NCBI RefSeq assembly: GCF_009914755.1
Contig: NC_060937.1
From: the human T2T-CHM13v2.0 reference genome, Homo sapiens
DNA length: 64,000 bases
Direction: 5' to 3' (one strand)
The position numbers and the translations under genes are program-made. The notes beneath the pieces were generated by a model. The model saw only the letters and a program-made list of their open reading frames with translations, was not told the DNA's origin and made no database searches. Below, one piece after another: positions 1-12,110 of this stretch (the stretch's first letter is position 1; each line of letters starts with the position of its first letter).

Positions 1-1540
1 TAATTATAAGAGATTGAGTACACTAACTTGAATCTTTTAATTAACTATGTAGACAAAAATCCCCAAATGTCTGTGATAAAATCCATACTCAGGTATTCTT
101 GTGTAGTAGAAATATTTCTCTTTCAATTTTTTGCCGTGCTATGTCATGCTTCTCCCACAAGGACAATGGTTGCCCTGTGTGGGATTATTAAAGACCAGCA
201 GTGTTCACAGACTTGTGCAGGACATTGTGTAAAACTAAACAATTATATCATCTAGGTTATTTTGTCATCTGTGCTATAATATGGCTTTGCCCTAAAATCT
301 AATAATTCTGAAGAAAAGAAAATAAAGATGACTGCAGAGTTATGAATAATGTTAAATACCTTTCAGCTTACAAAACACTTGCATGTATATATGTATGTGT
401 ATAAGTGACATCTATCTGAAATGGTATTTGTTCCTTATGAGACCTCCATGAAGAAGGTATTAATTGAGACAGGTATTGTTAAGAAATTAAGATGTGGATT
501 AGTTAACTGTCTTATCTAAGACTGAGCAATCACTTAATAGCTGAACTGTAATTCAAACATGTCACCATATTCTATATTTGGTGACACTAGTATATAATTC
601 TTTAATGCTGTTTAGGTTGCTGTTAAGATTGTCTTGTTTACAAATCAAGCAAGTATAAATTATGACTATAGTTCAACAGTAAATAGAAATTCTTTATTAG
701 AATTTGGTATAATATAGTCTATGGAACATACACTGCCCCTTATGTTTGTTGCAATGTACATAATACATAGGAGGTGATCAAAAGGACTTAAGATGGAGTC
801 AAATAATCTAATGAGTGATTTGTGTGTGTCTGTGAAATATACTGTTGCTCCTAAGCAGAAAATGTCATTTTGGTTTCATCCTATGTTTAACTACCATATA
901 ATAGAATACTAGCTTTTCTTAATGAAAACCTCTTAACACCCACTTGAACATTTCCTGTCTATAAACAGCCTGGTTTCTCACCAAATAATAACAATATGGA
1001 AGCAGCATTGATCCATATTATGTGACTTATTTTAACCTGAGTTAGGGATATTGCAGTATCCTTTGATAGGTTCTATGAAATTATAGATATATAAGACTAC
1101 TCTTAACACATTTATAATCCAAACAAACAGCCAGCACACATAAACATGATAAATAACACTATGAGAAAAAAAATGAGTTATCAGGACGTTGAAGATGTAG
1201 ATAATGGCAAGTTAGCAGGGTAAGTCATATTTCAATGTGCAACCTCTGCAAGTCCACAGGGTGTGATATGGACATGAGGGAGATCTGTAGATGAATACTG
1301 TACAATACTTTGACGGGTTGACAAAATGTAAAATAGAGGTATGGCCATAGGAAAAAAAAAAAAACAGATTTTTAGCCCCATAGGCTGAGGGATTAAGGAG
1401 GGCTGGCTACAGGCATTTTGGAATGGAAGATGGTGTACCAACAAATCAAGCTTAGGTTCCTGGCAATTTGCCCACATATAATGTGTGAAAGTTCAGATGT
1501 GAAATAAATCTGCAGCTCATAGTAAGAACCTAGCCACAGG

Positions 1541-1770
1541 AGTTAAAACTTATGGTTCTGGGACCAGATGGACTGCCTTCTAATCTTAGTCTTACTAAAT
1601 TTCAACAGCATAACCTTCAGCAAGTTACTTAGCCTCCAGCGTCTCAGTTTTCTCATCTGTAAAATGGTGATAATGCTACTCTTACATTGGGTTGTAGTAG
1701 GATAAAAAGAGAAAATGTATGTAAAGGCTTTAGTAGAAACTCTTATAAAAATTAAACAACTATTATTTCT
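1541..1770 (+). mobile_element. MIR SINE
   Basis: MIR core 'ctcagttttctcatctgtaaaatggtgataat' with MIR-like flanks; ends approximate. Confidence 0.8.
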
Positions 1771-1857
1771 CCATTCTTCAAACAATTATTATTTCTCCAT
1801 TCACCAAACCATAATTATTTATCAATTCACCAAACAATTATTATTTCTCAGTTCTAG
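1754..1857. repeat. 26-bp minisatellite, 4 diverged copies
   Basis: Units start at 1754, 1780, 1806, 1832; consensus about aaacaattattatttctccattcacc. Confidence 0.85.
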
Positions 1858-2164
1858 GATTCTAACCTGCAAAAGGCATAAGGCCGTTGCTGAGTACAGG
1901 GTGAGGAGATGGGGATTCGATCAGGAAAACTCTTGTTTCACTGTTGCTGTTGGCGTTTTTGTTTGCTCGTTTGTGTGTTTTTTATTCATTATTTTCACTT
2001 CTGTTTATTGACAAGGTTAATCAATAACATCATTTACATTTAGTAAAAGTAAATTTCCCTAAGTGGTCTCCTAGGCAGCAATGTTTATTCATTACGTGGA
2101 GAGCAGATACAAGGATTATTTTATTGCTGCAAATATTTTATTGTTGATATTTCATATTTAAAAA

Positions 2165-2373
2165 ATAATTTTATTTTTTAAATTTTTTGTGGGTATATAG
2201 TAGGTGCACATATTTATGGGGTACATGAGATATTTTGATACAGGCATATGATATGTAATAATCACTTCGGGGTAAATTGGGCAAGCATCACTTCAAGCAT
2301 TTAACCTTTTTTGTATTACAAACAGTCTAAGTATTTTAGTTATTTTAAAATGTACAATAAATTGTTGACTATA
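2165..2373 (-). mobile_element. L1 3' end fragment (L1MA-type)
   Basis: T-rich tail then 'tatttatggggtacatgagatattttgatacaggcat...aaatgtacaataaattgttgactatag', the reverse complement of an L1MA 3'UTR. Confidence 0.8.
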
Positions 2374-3544
2374 GTTTTGCCACTGCAAACAATAGAAGGC
2401 TGCCTGATATGGCCTCCTAGTCATTGGAGTTCTATGGCAGAATTCCTAAAGTCTTCAAGTTTCATGAGATCACTAAATTTTGGTAAATATGATACTTTCT
2501 TTGAACAGATGCTACGGAGGCCAATAAAAGGAGTGTGAGTAACAGAGTGGTACCTGTGATCAGTATCTCTCCAACTACAATTCAAAGAGTTGTCCCTTAC
2601 ATTTCTTCTGTGTGGCTCCTCTTATGTAATACCCTGCTTGGTCCAGATAAGCAGAAGTCAGAACTGGCTAAGAATTTATTTATGTGTGTTTATCCTGATG
2701 TTTTCCTACTGTCACTTTTCTTTTCTTATGGATTAGCATTGAGGGGATGGTCAGATGGCACCTGTCTGAGTCTGACTGAAAATTTTTAGTGGGGGGGTTG
2801 ATGGCATGCTCAATGGTTTAGTATATTTGAGTTAGTGGCAGAATGTAGACATGAGGGTGAGTAGAGAATGCAGAGCGGACCAGGCAATTCAGGAATCTAT
2901 GTTGGTTGTTTAATTGCTTCCGTTTTGTCAACATCTTATTCCACCTGAAAAAATTATCTAGGAACTAGAGAAATTAATGACACGTGTAGTGGAAACTTTG
3001 CATAGTGTAAGTGTTATCCATTTACCTCTCTTAGTTTCCGGTACAATGACTCTCCTGGTAGCTGTCTTATATGATAAATATGATTTCATTAACAAAATCA
3101 TATTTTATATAATTGCATACTTTAAACAAGTGATCAATATAACTCAGTTATAAATATACAGTAACAAAGATCAATGGATAATAAATACTTCTTCATTTTT
3201 ATGGATACATTCTATTTTTGTTTGTCTCACAACTAGTAATCAGATTATGAATTGTGGTACAGCTCCATAAACACTTACTTTATAGCAATTCAATGATACA
3301 TGCTCAGCCAAAAAAAAATTAAGAGAAGGATAAAGACAATTTAAAGCTTCTGTGTGTGTGCATGCACCAGATGTGTATGGCTTTTTATGTTTATGCCTGA
3401 GTGTTTAGGTTCATACGTATGGTTTTAGGCAGAGTTTTGCTCGTAATACGTGCAACTTTCACATGCCCATTTTAATATTAGCCTTCAAATAAATAAAGAT
3501 TGGTTTGAATTAAACCCTGTAATGAAAACTTATAATTACGCTCA

Positions 3545-3560
3545 CAGCTGACAGCTGTCA
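3545..3560. promoter_or_regulatory. Palindromic TALE-homeodomain (MEIS/TGIF/PKNOX) site overlapping two E-boxes
   Basis: TGACAGCTGTCA at 3549-3560; CAGCTG at 3545-3550 and 3552-3557; motif match only. Confidence 0.35.
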
Positions 3561-4719
3561 CTGAATGTGGTGCATAAAGGTCCTCAAGCATACAGTGCTC
3601 TTTTCACCATGTGTTTGAGTTGAGCAGAGTTCATGTACGCCTTACCCTTCTTTATGGCTATGGTGAAGCTGTGGGTTTAAAAACACTCGGGCAAAGAGTA
3701 AGTCCTCAAAGTTGCAGGCCATTCCATGGAGAGGCTCATCAGGAATAGCTTGCTTGACCGCCGCTGCTGTGGTTTTCTCTGCTTTAAAATTATTACTTTT
3801 GACACATGAAAACCATAATTTCTTCATGTTTATAAAAAATAACTATAGCTGGAATATGTAAAATATATTAAAATAATGCATCTAAAAACTAGTTTTGGCT
3901 AACTGATATAATTGGATTTTCAGGGTTTTCCAGATCCCACTAAGTAAGGATGTAATGTAAACTAATAAAAATAAAGCCTGAGAAGCTTTATGATGGCATA
4001 TGGCAGGTCATTTTTATTGATTGAAAAAAAAGGATGTTTATACCGCATGTATGAAAATGAAAGAAATCTGTTCGGAAAAAATGGGCATAGGATCAGAAAT
4101 CCAAGTTAAAATAATTTAAATCCAGAAAATACATGAATGCCTTCAAAGTTTAAAACCTATGTTAAGGATTCTACATAGTCCCTGATCCCTTATTTTCTTT
4201 GTTATTCATGTACTCCATGCTTAAATACAGCTGCTACAAAGTATCAATTAAATTACAATCCCACATAAAGCTCCAGAAAACCTTGATATATAGGGAAGTG
4301 AAGCTGGGGAAGCAGTTAAGGGTGGGATTGATGATTGATGAATTGAGAATACTGAAGTCAACAGGCTGGACGTATGGTATGTGGTGTATCAAAAGAGTGG
4401 ATATTTAAGACAGAACTGTTAGAGTTCATGAAATTATTGGGGATGATGGCACCGTTAACATGTTAGGCTGAGTTTTGCAGTGGGAAAAATTACCAGTGTA
4501 AGGTGGCTCCACGTAAATCTCTAACTGCTATAAATGAAAGCTTATTTGGGCTTACTCACCAGCACATCACTGGATATATGTGAGAAGATGCTGGGGTTTG
4601 TGGGAGCTGTCTTCACTCTCAATATCTCTGGATTATCCTTGGGGTGTAGCCTGAGGTAGGGGAAAGAGTGGTCTTTAGGATGTCACCCCACCGATTTGCT
4701 CCCTACATGATCATGGGAA

Positions 4720-4835
4720 CGAGCTAACTTCTTTGAGCTTCAGTTATAAAATTAGCTTTTTCTTGAAGGAATTAGAAGGAAGTAATGTATGTAGTATCAC
4801 AGCACAGTGCCTAGCACATACAAGACCCTGAATGA
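4720..4835 (+). mobile_element. MIR fragment
   Basis: 'aatgtatgtagtatcacagcacagtgcctagcacata' resembles the MIR 3' part. Confidence 0.5.
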
Positions 4836-5989
4836 CAATGTCTTTTTCCTTTTAAACTGTGTGTTAATGGGATGGGAAGAATAAAGCCGGATTTTTAGGA
4901 AGCTCTGCTGAAAGAACATAGGAAAATGTGTTTAACCATAGCTTCTTAAGTGACCATTCCTAATAGCCCCAAATGGCTGTATTTATTCTGGCTCATTTTT
5001 AAATCACGTGTGATCCAGAGGAAGCTGGTTCCCATCTACAGCACAGTGTTATCCAATAACACAGAGCAAGGATAAATGTAGTTAGAAGCAGAAAGAACAT
5101 CAAACACTAATGTAATTATCTCAAACTGAGTTTATGCAGTCAAAAGGTAAAATAATCTGTTCAGTGTGGTTAGATTCTTTAATGTTATGTCTCATCTGAA
5201 GAGATAAAGTATCTGAGAAAGGATAGAGCTTAAGTAACTTGGAACATTAAGCAACATTGAATTGAGGTAGCACTCAAGATTGAGAAAGCATTAGTGACAC
5301 ATGACTGGCCTCTGTGACAGTATGGCATGTACTTTTTTTAAAGAGAATAAAACTGAAAAAGAAGACTTAAACTTTTGAAGATTATGTTAGTTTTTATTTA
5401 TAAAGCAAAGAAATTAATGTTTGGATAAACAGTGGATATTTTTGGTTAACTGATGTTTAGATAAACTATAGATAACTCATTTACTAACAGAAAGTAATAA
5501 ATGCAAACACATGTGAGAAAGAAGCTCCCTGCGTAGATGCAGTGAAATTTTATTATATATCTACTGTGTTAAAGACAGATTTTGCAGCATTAATATGAAA
5601 CTAGAAAAAAATACTTTTTTATTTTTTGTGCTTTTTCACTTTATATTACCTCAGTTGAAACTGCACAATGATGACTTCATTCTTGGGGTAAGAATGTTAT
5701 AGAGTAAAAATACATCTATAGATATGTATTTACATATCTAGGCTTATACTTTTACCATTTCTTAGATAAAAATTATAATTCTATAAAAACAGTTACTTGG
5801 GATTATATTTTAACTGCTGAAAGTTACCAGAAAGTTACATAATCTACCTCAGATATTTTTAAAAATGGAAAGTAGGATTTGGTAATGCACAGTTAAAAAC
5901 AGCAATCGAAAAGTTGTAAAGGAACATTGCTGTTTATAAGTTGCTGAGTTAACACTCCTAAAAACAATTACAAATGTCATTTTCTCTGG

Positions 5990-6780
5990 GCCTCATTCTT
6001 TCAGTCAATAAAGAGTTAGTGACTACCTGAGTGCTGCAACAATGCATAAGACACATTCCTTTAGCTTAAGAGTCTAACATATGGAATGGGCATAAAAATA
6101 CAGACATAGACGATCAAAGTAGAAGTGCAATGTGTCGAGGAGAATGGCAGAAAGTGGAAATGCTATGGAAGTTTAGAGTGCAAAGTGATTTCTTTCCATC
6201 CAAGGAACCTATTTTCATATTTTAATTGAGCCTGCTAAGATGGGGAGTATTTTGCCAGTTTCTGAAAAAGTGAGAATTTCTCCATATAGGATAAAATATG
6301 AGTAAGGTGAATAGGAAAAATCAGGTACAATTTTCTTGTAGTAATTTATGTGGACTGTAATGCAGGAGGTAACAAAGAAAAGAGTGAGCGTTTTAACCAG
6401 ACTAGACAACTGTGGACTGGGAAAGATATTAATGGGTGATGAGAAGTCTCTGAAGGGTTTGGACCTCACACAAAGATGAGATCTCATAAACTGGCATGAG
6501 TGAGGAGTGCTGGAAATGGCTGATGAGAGACCTGTCTGGGACTTTATTTAAGTGGTTTATAGGTAGAAATAACAGGAGTTAAAAAAAAATAGATATGAGA
6601 CCCACTACAGAGATAGAATGAAAATAAATTAGCAGTTAGTCATGCAGATAAGGAAAGAGTAGTCACCTGTGTGTAGTGGAGATCAAATGCACCAGTAGTA
6701 AGATAGCATTCTGGATGGATGCAGCCATGGCATTGCAAAGAGGATATCTTCATGTGTGCAATAGAAGTCATGAGGTATAG
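5990..6780 (-). mobile_element. L2 LINE remnant, highly diverged
   Basis: Purine-rich stretch starting 'cattctttcagtcaataaagagttagtgactacc', resembling the reverse of an L2 3' end. Confidence 0.4.
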
Positions 6781-7651
6781 GTTGTTGTGAGATTAAATGA
6801 AAGTATGTACATGAAGTGGATTTTTAATTAAAATACTCTAAGTAAGTGAATAATATTAGTTTTATTATGAAAGTTTAGAATAACATGACTTGAAAGATAG
6901 TACTATTTTATTAACAGAGCTGTAGAAATAAAAAAAAGAAGGAAAATATTTTGGGGAAATTAGCGAATTTAATTTAAGAGAGACCAAGATTAAAATATTA
7001 TTAGTTAGGGTCCCAAAAGGAATAAATTAGGATAGTTTGAAGAGGATTTGTTACAAAATGATTACTGGAATGTCTATAGAGTGTCAGGGAACCACAACGG
7101 GTTCTATAGGAACTCAGAGCAAGAAAAGGAACCCAAGGCCAGCTGATTCCACCCCTAAGCTTGAATGGAGGAAGGGAGATAGAGATGGAAGAAGAAAAAG
7201 TTCTGTATAGCTAAGCTGCCTGAAGGTAGTCAAAGGCCATGTTCAACCCAAGAAAAAATCAAGGGAGTAAACCAGGGGAACAAAAAATTGAATGTCACTC
7301 TACTCTCTTCCTTCAGTATCTAGTAGTTGGGTTTCCCCATTGGATGAACCAACTGGAAGCCAAAGAGCATGGGAACAAATTGAGGTTTTCTCAGAGTTTA
7401 AGAATTTGTAAGTGCTGGTGGCACTGACATTTAAATAATTATACTCTATTCACTAACGAATACATTAGGCATTCTCAAAAATTAGTGGAAACCTCTTTGA
7501 AGAATCTGTGGATTATGACAGGTATTCTACATTTAATGAAGTTTGTATAGATTCACATTAAAGCAGTTTGGAATTAGTTTCTCACCTCTTTGACCAGAAA
7601 AGGGAACAACTTGTACCAGAAAAATAGAAAGGAATTGTTGATTTTTATATA

Positions 7652-8354
7652 CAGTCAGACCTCCATATCTGTGAGTTCTGCATCTGTGGATTCAGAACCA
7701 CGAATAAAAAACCATGTGTATTAGTCCATCTTCATGCTGCTATAAGGATGTATCCAAGACTGAGTAATTTATAAAGGAAAGAGGTTTAATTGACTCACAG
7801 TTCCACACGGCTGGGGAGGCCTTGGGAAACTTACAATCATGGCAGAAGGGGAAGCAAACACATCTTCCTTCATATGGTGGCAGGACAGAGAAGTGCAGAG
7901 TGAAGGGGCGAAAAAGTCCCTTATAAAACCATCAGATCTATGAGAACCCACTCAGTATCACAAGAACAGCATAGGGGAACTGCCCCATGATGTAATCACC
8001 TCCCATGGGGTCCCTCCCCCAGTACATGGGGATAATTCAGATTACAATTCAAGATGAAATTTGGGTGGGGACACAGAGCCAGACAATATCACCATGGATG
8101 GAAAATAATCAGACCAAAAAAGACCCCAAAATAATAATACAACAGTAAAATTACAAATCAAAATACACTATAACTACTTTTTATATAACATATTAGCTAT
8201 TATAAGTAATTTACAGACAATTTAAAGTATACAGGAGGAGATGCATAAGTTGTATGCAAATACTACACTGTTTTATATGAGACTTGAGCATCCACGGATT
8301 TTGATATTCTTGGGAGTCTTGCAACCAACCTCCCAGGGATGTGAAGGATAACTG
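7652..8354. mobile_element. TcMar-Tigger non-autonomous DNA transposon (Tigger3/Tigger4-MER46-like), split by a THE1 LTR
   Basis: Ends cagtc...(7652) and ...aactg(8354), both flanked by TA; internal 'ttataagtaat...aaagtatacaggagg...tatgcaaatactac...gacttgagcatccacggattttg'. Confidence 0.85.
7717..8091 (-). mobile_element. THE1 (THE1C/D-like) MaLR solo LTR
   Basis: tgtattagtc...atatca termini, 375 bp, perfect 5-bp TSD ccatg (7712-7716 and 8092-8096). Confidence 0.93.
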
Positions 8355-10099
8355 TATTACACTATACTAGGGTACTTACCAAGGAAAAGAACATGTCAGT
8401 GAAACAACACTGAAAGCAGACCACAAAAACTTCTATACTTAACTAGAATGGGGCATCAAAGAGCTAAACATGCTTTCTGTCTCAACATAAAACAACAATG
8501 TGATTCGTCTTAATTCAGAAACCATCTTTGAGTCAGTAAACTTGCATGGAAGAACATCTAACCTAAAAATATGGATTCCTTCAGGTTTTACATGGGGATA
8601 ACTTTGTCTCTTCCAAATTTATGTATCTAGATGTATAAACTTGAAAAATAAAAGAGTATTATTATAATGGCATATATCTTTTAACATTTAAAAATATAAA
8701 CTTGAAATTTTAATAAGAATATATGAACTTAAAATATATCTAGGCTTTATATTAAGGAATAAACACAGTTGTTCAGGCAGATGTTTCCTTTATGCAATCA
8801 CTGCTAGTCTGGATTTCTTCATTAGATCTCTTAGTAGATTTCTGAATATTAGCATAGAGATAAATTTCTGCAGTAACACAGCTGGGACTCTTGGCTTCCA
8901 AGTATTTGGAACACTCACAAGATTTTGTTGCTTTCAGTTTTGTCATTATTTTCCTTATCCATTTTTTATCTCTTTGTTTATGTTGTCTCCAGTCCTATTC
9001 CAAGGATTTTCACAGACTTGCTAGCTTTAAAAAATGAGTACAGAGTGTTTAGAAGGAAGGGAATGACTCTAAATGAATTTCTTTGTATACCTTTTTTGGG
9101 TCACTTCAAAATAATTTAGAATGAAAATAATTAAGGCTTTATATTCTAAATTAATGATTCTCTAAAGTGGGTCCAACAACATTGATGTTACTAAACTATA
9201 TTTTACTTTTTCTAAAATATTGCCGTATCTATAATTCTTCATATATTCTTGATAAAGGCTTTATTTGTAAAACTTGTCAATTTTTAATATAGAGATATAA
9301 TATAGATATAATATATAGAGAGATATAAATATATAACTATTTTTGTAGTATAATTACTGACACATGGAAGACACTCCAAGATGGTGTCCTCAATTGGATG
9401 TCGAATGTCCACGAATATGGGACTATATAACTTATTGTATATACAGTGTTCTCTATGATCTCGAATATTTATAAGATTGCTCTAGGATAGATATACTTTA
9501 ATATAACAACAACAAAAAATGAGAATCAAATAGGTTAAATTACATAGCCAAATTCCTCAAAGGAATTTGTGTTTTGAAACATTTTCAAACCCAGAATATT
9601 GTCAGAGGTCATCCAGAGTTAGCAATATTTGGTTCTTTCTGCAACTACGGATGAAATGAGTTCTATCATTTACTTTAGAGCATTTTTGTACTCTTTTCTT
9701 TTTTATTTATAATTTTTAAGCTATTGTTTCACACTGCACTTCCAAAATATAACATGCATCTAACATTAACATATTGGTTTTCCATTGACAAGGAAGAGAT
9801 GTAATATTAAGATATTTACCTAGTTCAATATGAATCTGTACCAATTAAAAGCAATATTTTAGTCAGTATTTCCTGAGGTGAATTGATTTATATTGTTTTC
9901 TTCCATTAAAAAAAAAACACATTCCCATGTGTTCCCTTTTCCCTCATCGTTTTGAAAACATGGAATCAAGTTTGCTTTGTTTGACCTTTCTTTTGTATTA
10001 TTACTAATTTTGCTTTTTAAAAGTCTTATTAGAAAGGAAATAGTTACTGAATGTGCTTGAGAAAGAAAAAACACACAGCAGTAAATAAAAATGCTTAGT

Positions 10100-10227
10100 A
10101 GCTCCCGATTTCTCTCTCTTCCCAGCCACTGGCATCCACCATGCCACTCTTCGATTCTATGAATTTGACTATTTTAGATATCTAAAATAGTCATGCAGTA
10201 TTTGTCTTTATGTGACTTTCTTACTTT
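10100..10227 (-). mobile_element. L1MA/MB 3' fragment
   Basis: 'cccagccactggcatccaccat...tctatgaatttgactattttagat...catgcagtatttgtc'. Confidence 0.65.
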
Positions 10228-10646
10228 ACCAATAAAATAAAATAAAACTCAAATATAAAAAAATTTCTGTTTGGCTTAAGCTGGATATTTAACTTCAGGT
10301 AAATTGTTGAAAAGAACCGAATCAAAGTCAAATAACTATTTGAAGTAGAAAATATGATAGGCAATATCTGTTCATAGTTTTTAATCTTGAGTAATTGAAA
10401 TGTGATTTTTTTTCTTCTAATCAAACAAAGCAAAATAGATTCCTTAAGTGGTGTGACTATTTGGAGCTGTTTTGCTGTTTAATGAAACAACTGTATGGTT
10501 TTCATAATATGTGATACTTAGGTATGATAATATGAAAAAATTTTGTTTAGAGATATTGTGATTAATGTTTTTACTTATATCTTAATTCATATGTTGAAAG
10601 AAAAATATATCTGGTTTCTATTATGTGCAAGATTCTCTGCACTTAG

Positions 10647-10998
<352 letters not shown>

Positions 10999-11947
10999 TA
11001 CAGGGGTGTTTAGATAAGAGTCCTTTGAGTTGCGGAACTCATGAATGAAGTGAACTTGCCTTTTCCTGGTAATTAAACCAAATTATTCAGAAGTAATAAA
11101 ATGTTTTATTTAAAAGGTATAATTTTTTAAAAAGTAATTTGTTTTAGTTCTTTTATAATTCACCAATTTATTATGATTACATTGCTCATTAATTGCCTCT
11201 CAAGTATTTGTTGAATTAAAATATCAAAGAAGTTATAGTTTAAAAGGAAAAAAACAATAGCAGAAAACGAATTACTTTTTAAGACCTAAATGCCTAGGCT
11301 TCTTTTTCATAATAACATTTAGAAGACAAAATTTAATTTATTTGGAGATTCTAATGCAAATTCACTTATAAATAGGGCAATACCCCTTAACAGCACTAAA
11401 ACATGCTATTTCTTCAGATAGTTAAATAAAACCTGTCAGCCATATTCTAACCTGTGCTGAAATGTATCCTGAAACCTGGCAAAAGATCCTATTCTTTTGT
11501 AGGCTTGTAATAAATACAACTTACAACTATAATACTTGCTATAATTACTATTTAATGTAGCCTTTGTAATGCTTTATCAATATGGGTGCAGTCCAATGGT
11601 TAGTTTCATTGAAATGTGTATATAAATATGTATTCTAGTCAGTGTGTTAATATCAGTAAGAGTAAATCAGAAGAGTTTTCCATTTTAACTTATAACTAGT
11701 GCAAAGGTAAAACACTTTTTGGATTTATTTCTATAAGATAGCTCTAAATATATGACATTGTAACTAGGAGTTAATAGTCTAGGTTCAATCTTAAAAAAAT
11801 GTCGTTAATGGTAATTGGTAAAGCCTCAAACAGTCTTCATCCTAAATACACATACACACAGACACACACACTAACATAAATCAATTTTGTGACTTCCTGG
11901 CAAATAAAACTGAGTTTCTATTTTTTATCCATTAAATTGATGAAACA

Positions 11948-12110
11948 GCCAGGCATGGAAATGCACCTGTAGTCCCAACTACATGGGAGGCTTAGGCAGG
12001 AGGACTGCTGAAAGCCAGGGGTTGAAGGCTGCAGTGTACTATGATCATGCCTGTAAAGAGAGTTACTGCACTCCAGTCTGGGAGACCCTTGTCTCTAAAA
12101 CAAAATGTAA
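11948..12110 (+). mobile_element. FAM-like fossil Alu monomer
   Basis: Single monomer with 7SL-like segment 'tgcctgtaaagagagttactgcactccag' and an A-rich tail. Confidence 0.8.

Noticed and set aside
7000-7420. Possible ancient ERVL/MaLR LTR remnant
   Set aside because: Too diverged to assign a family or boundaries by eye.
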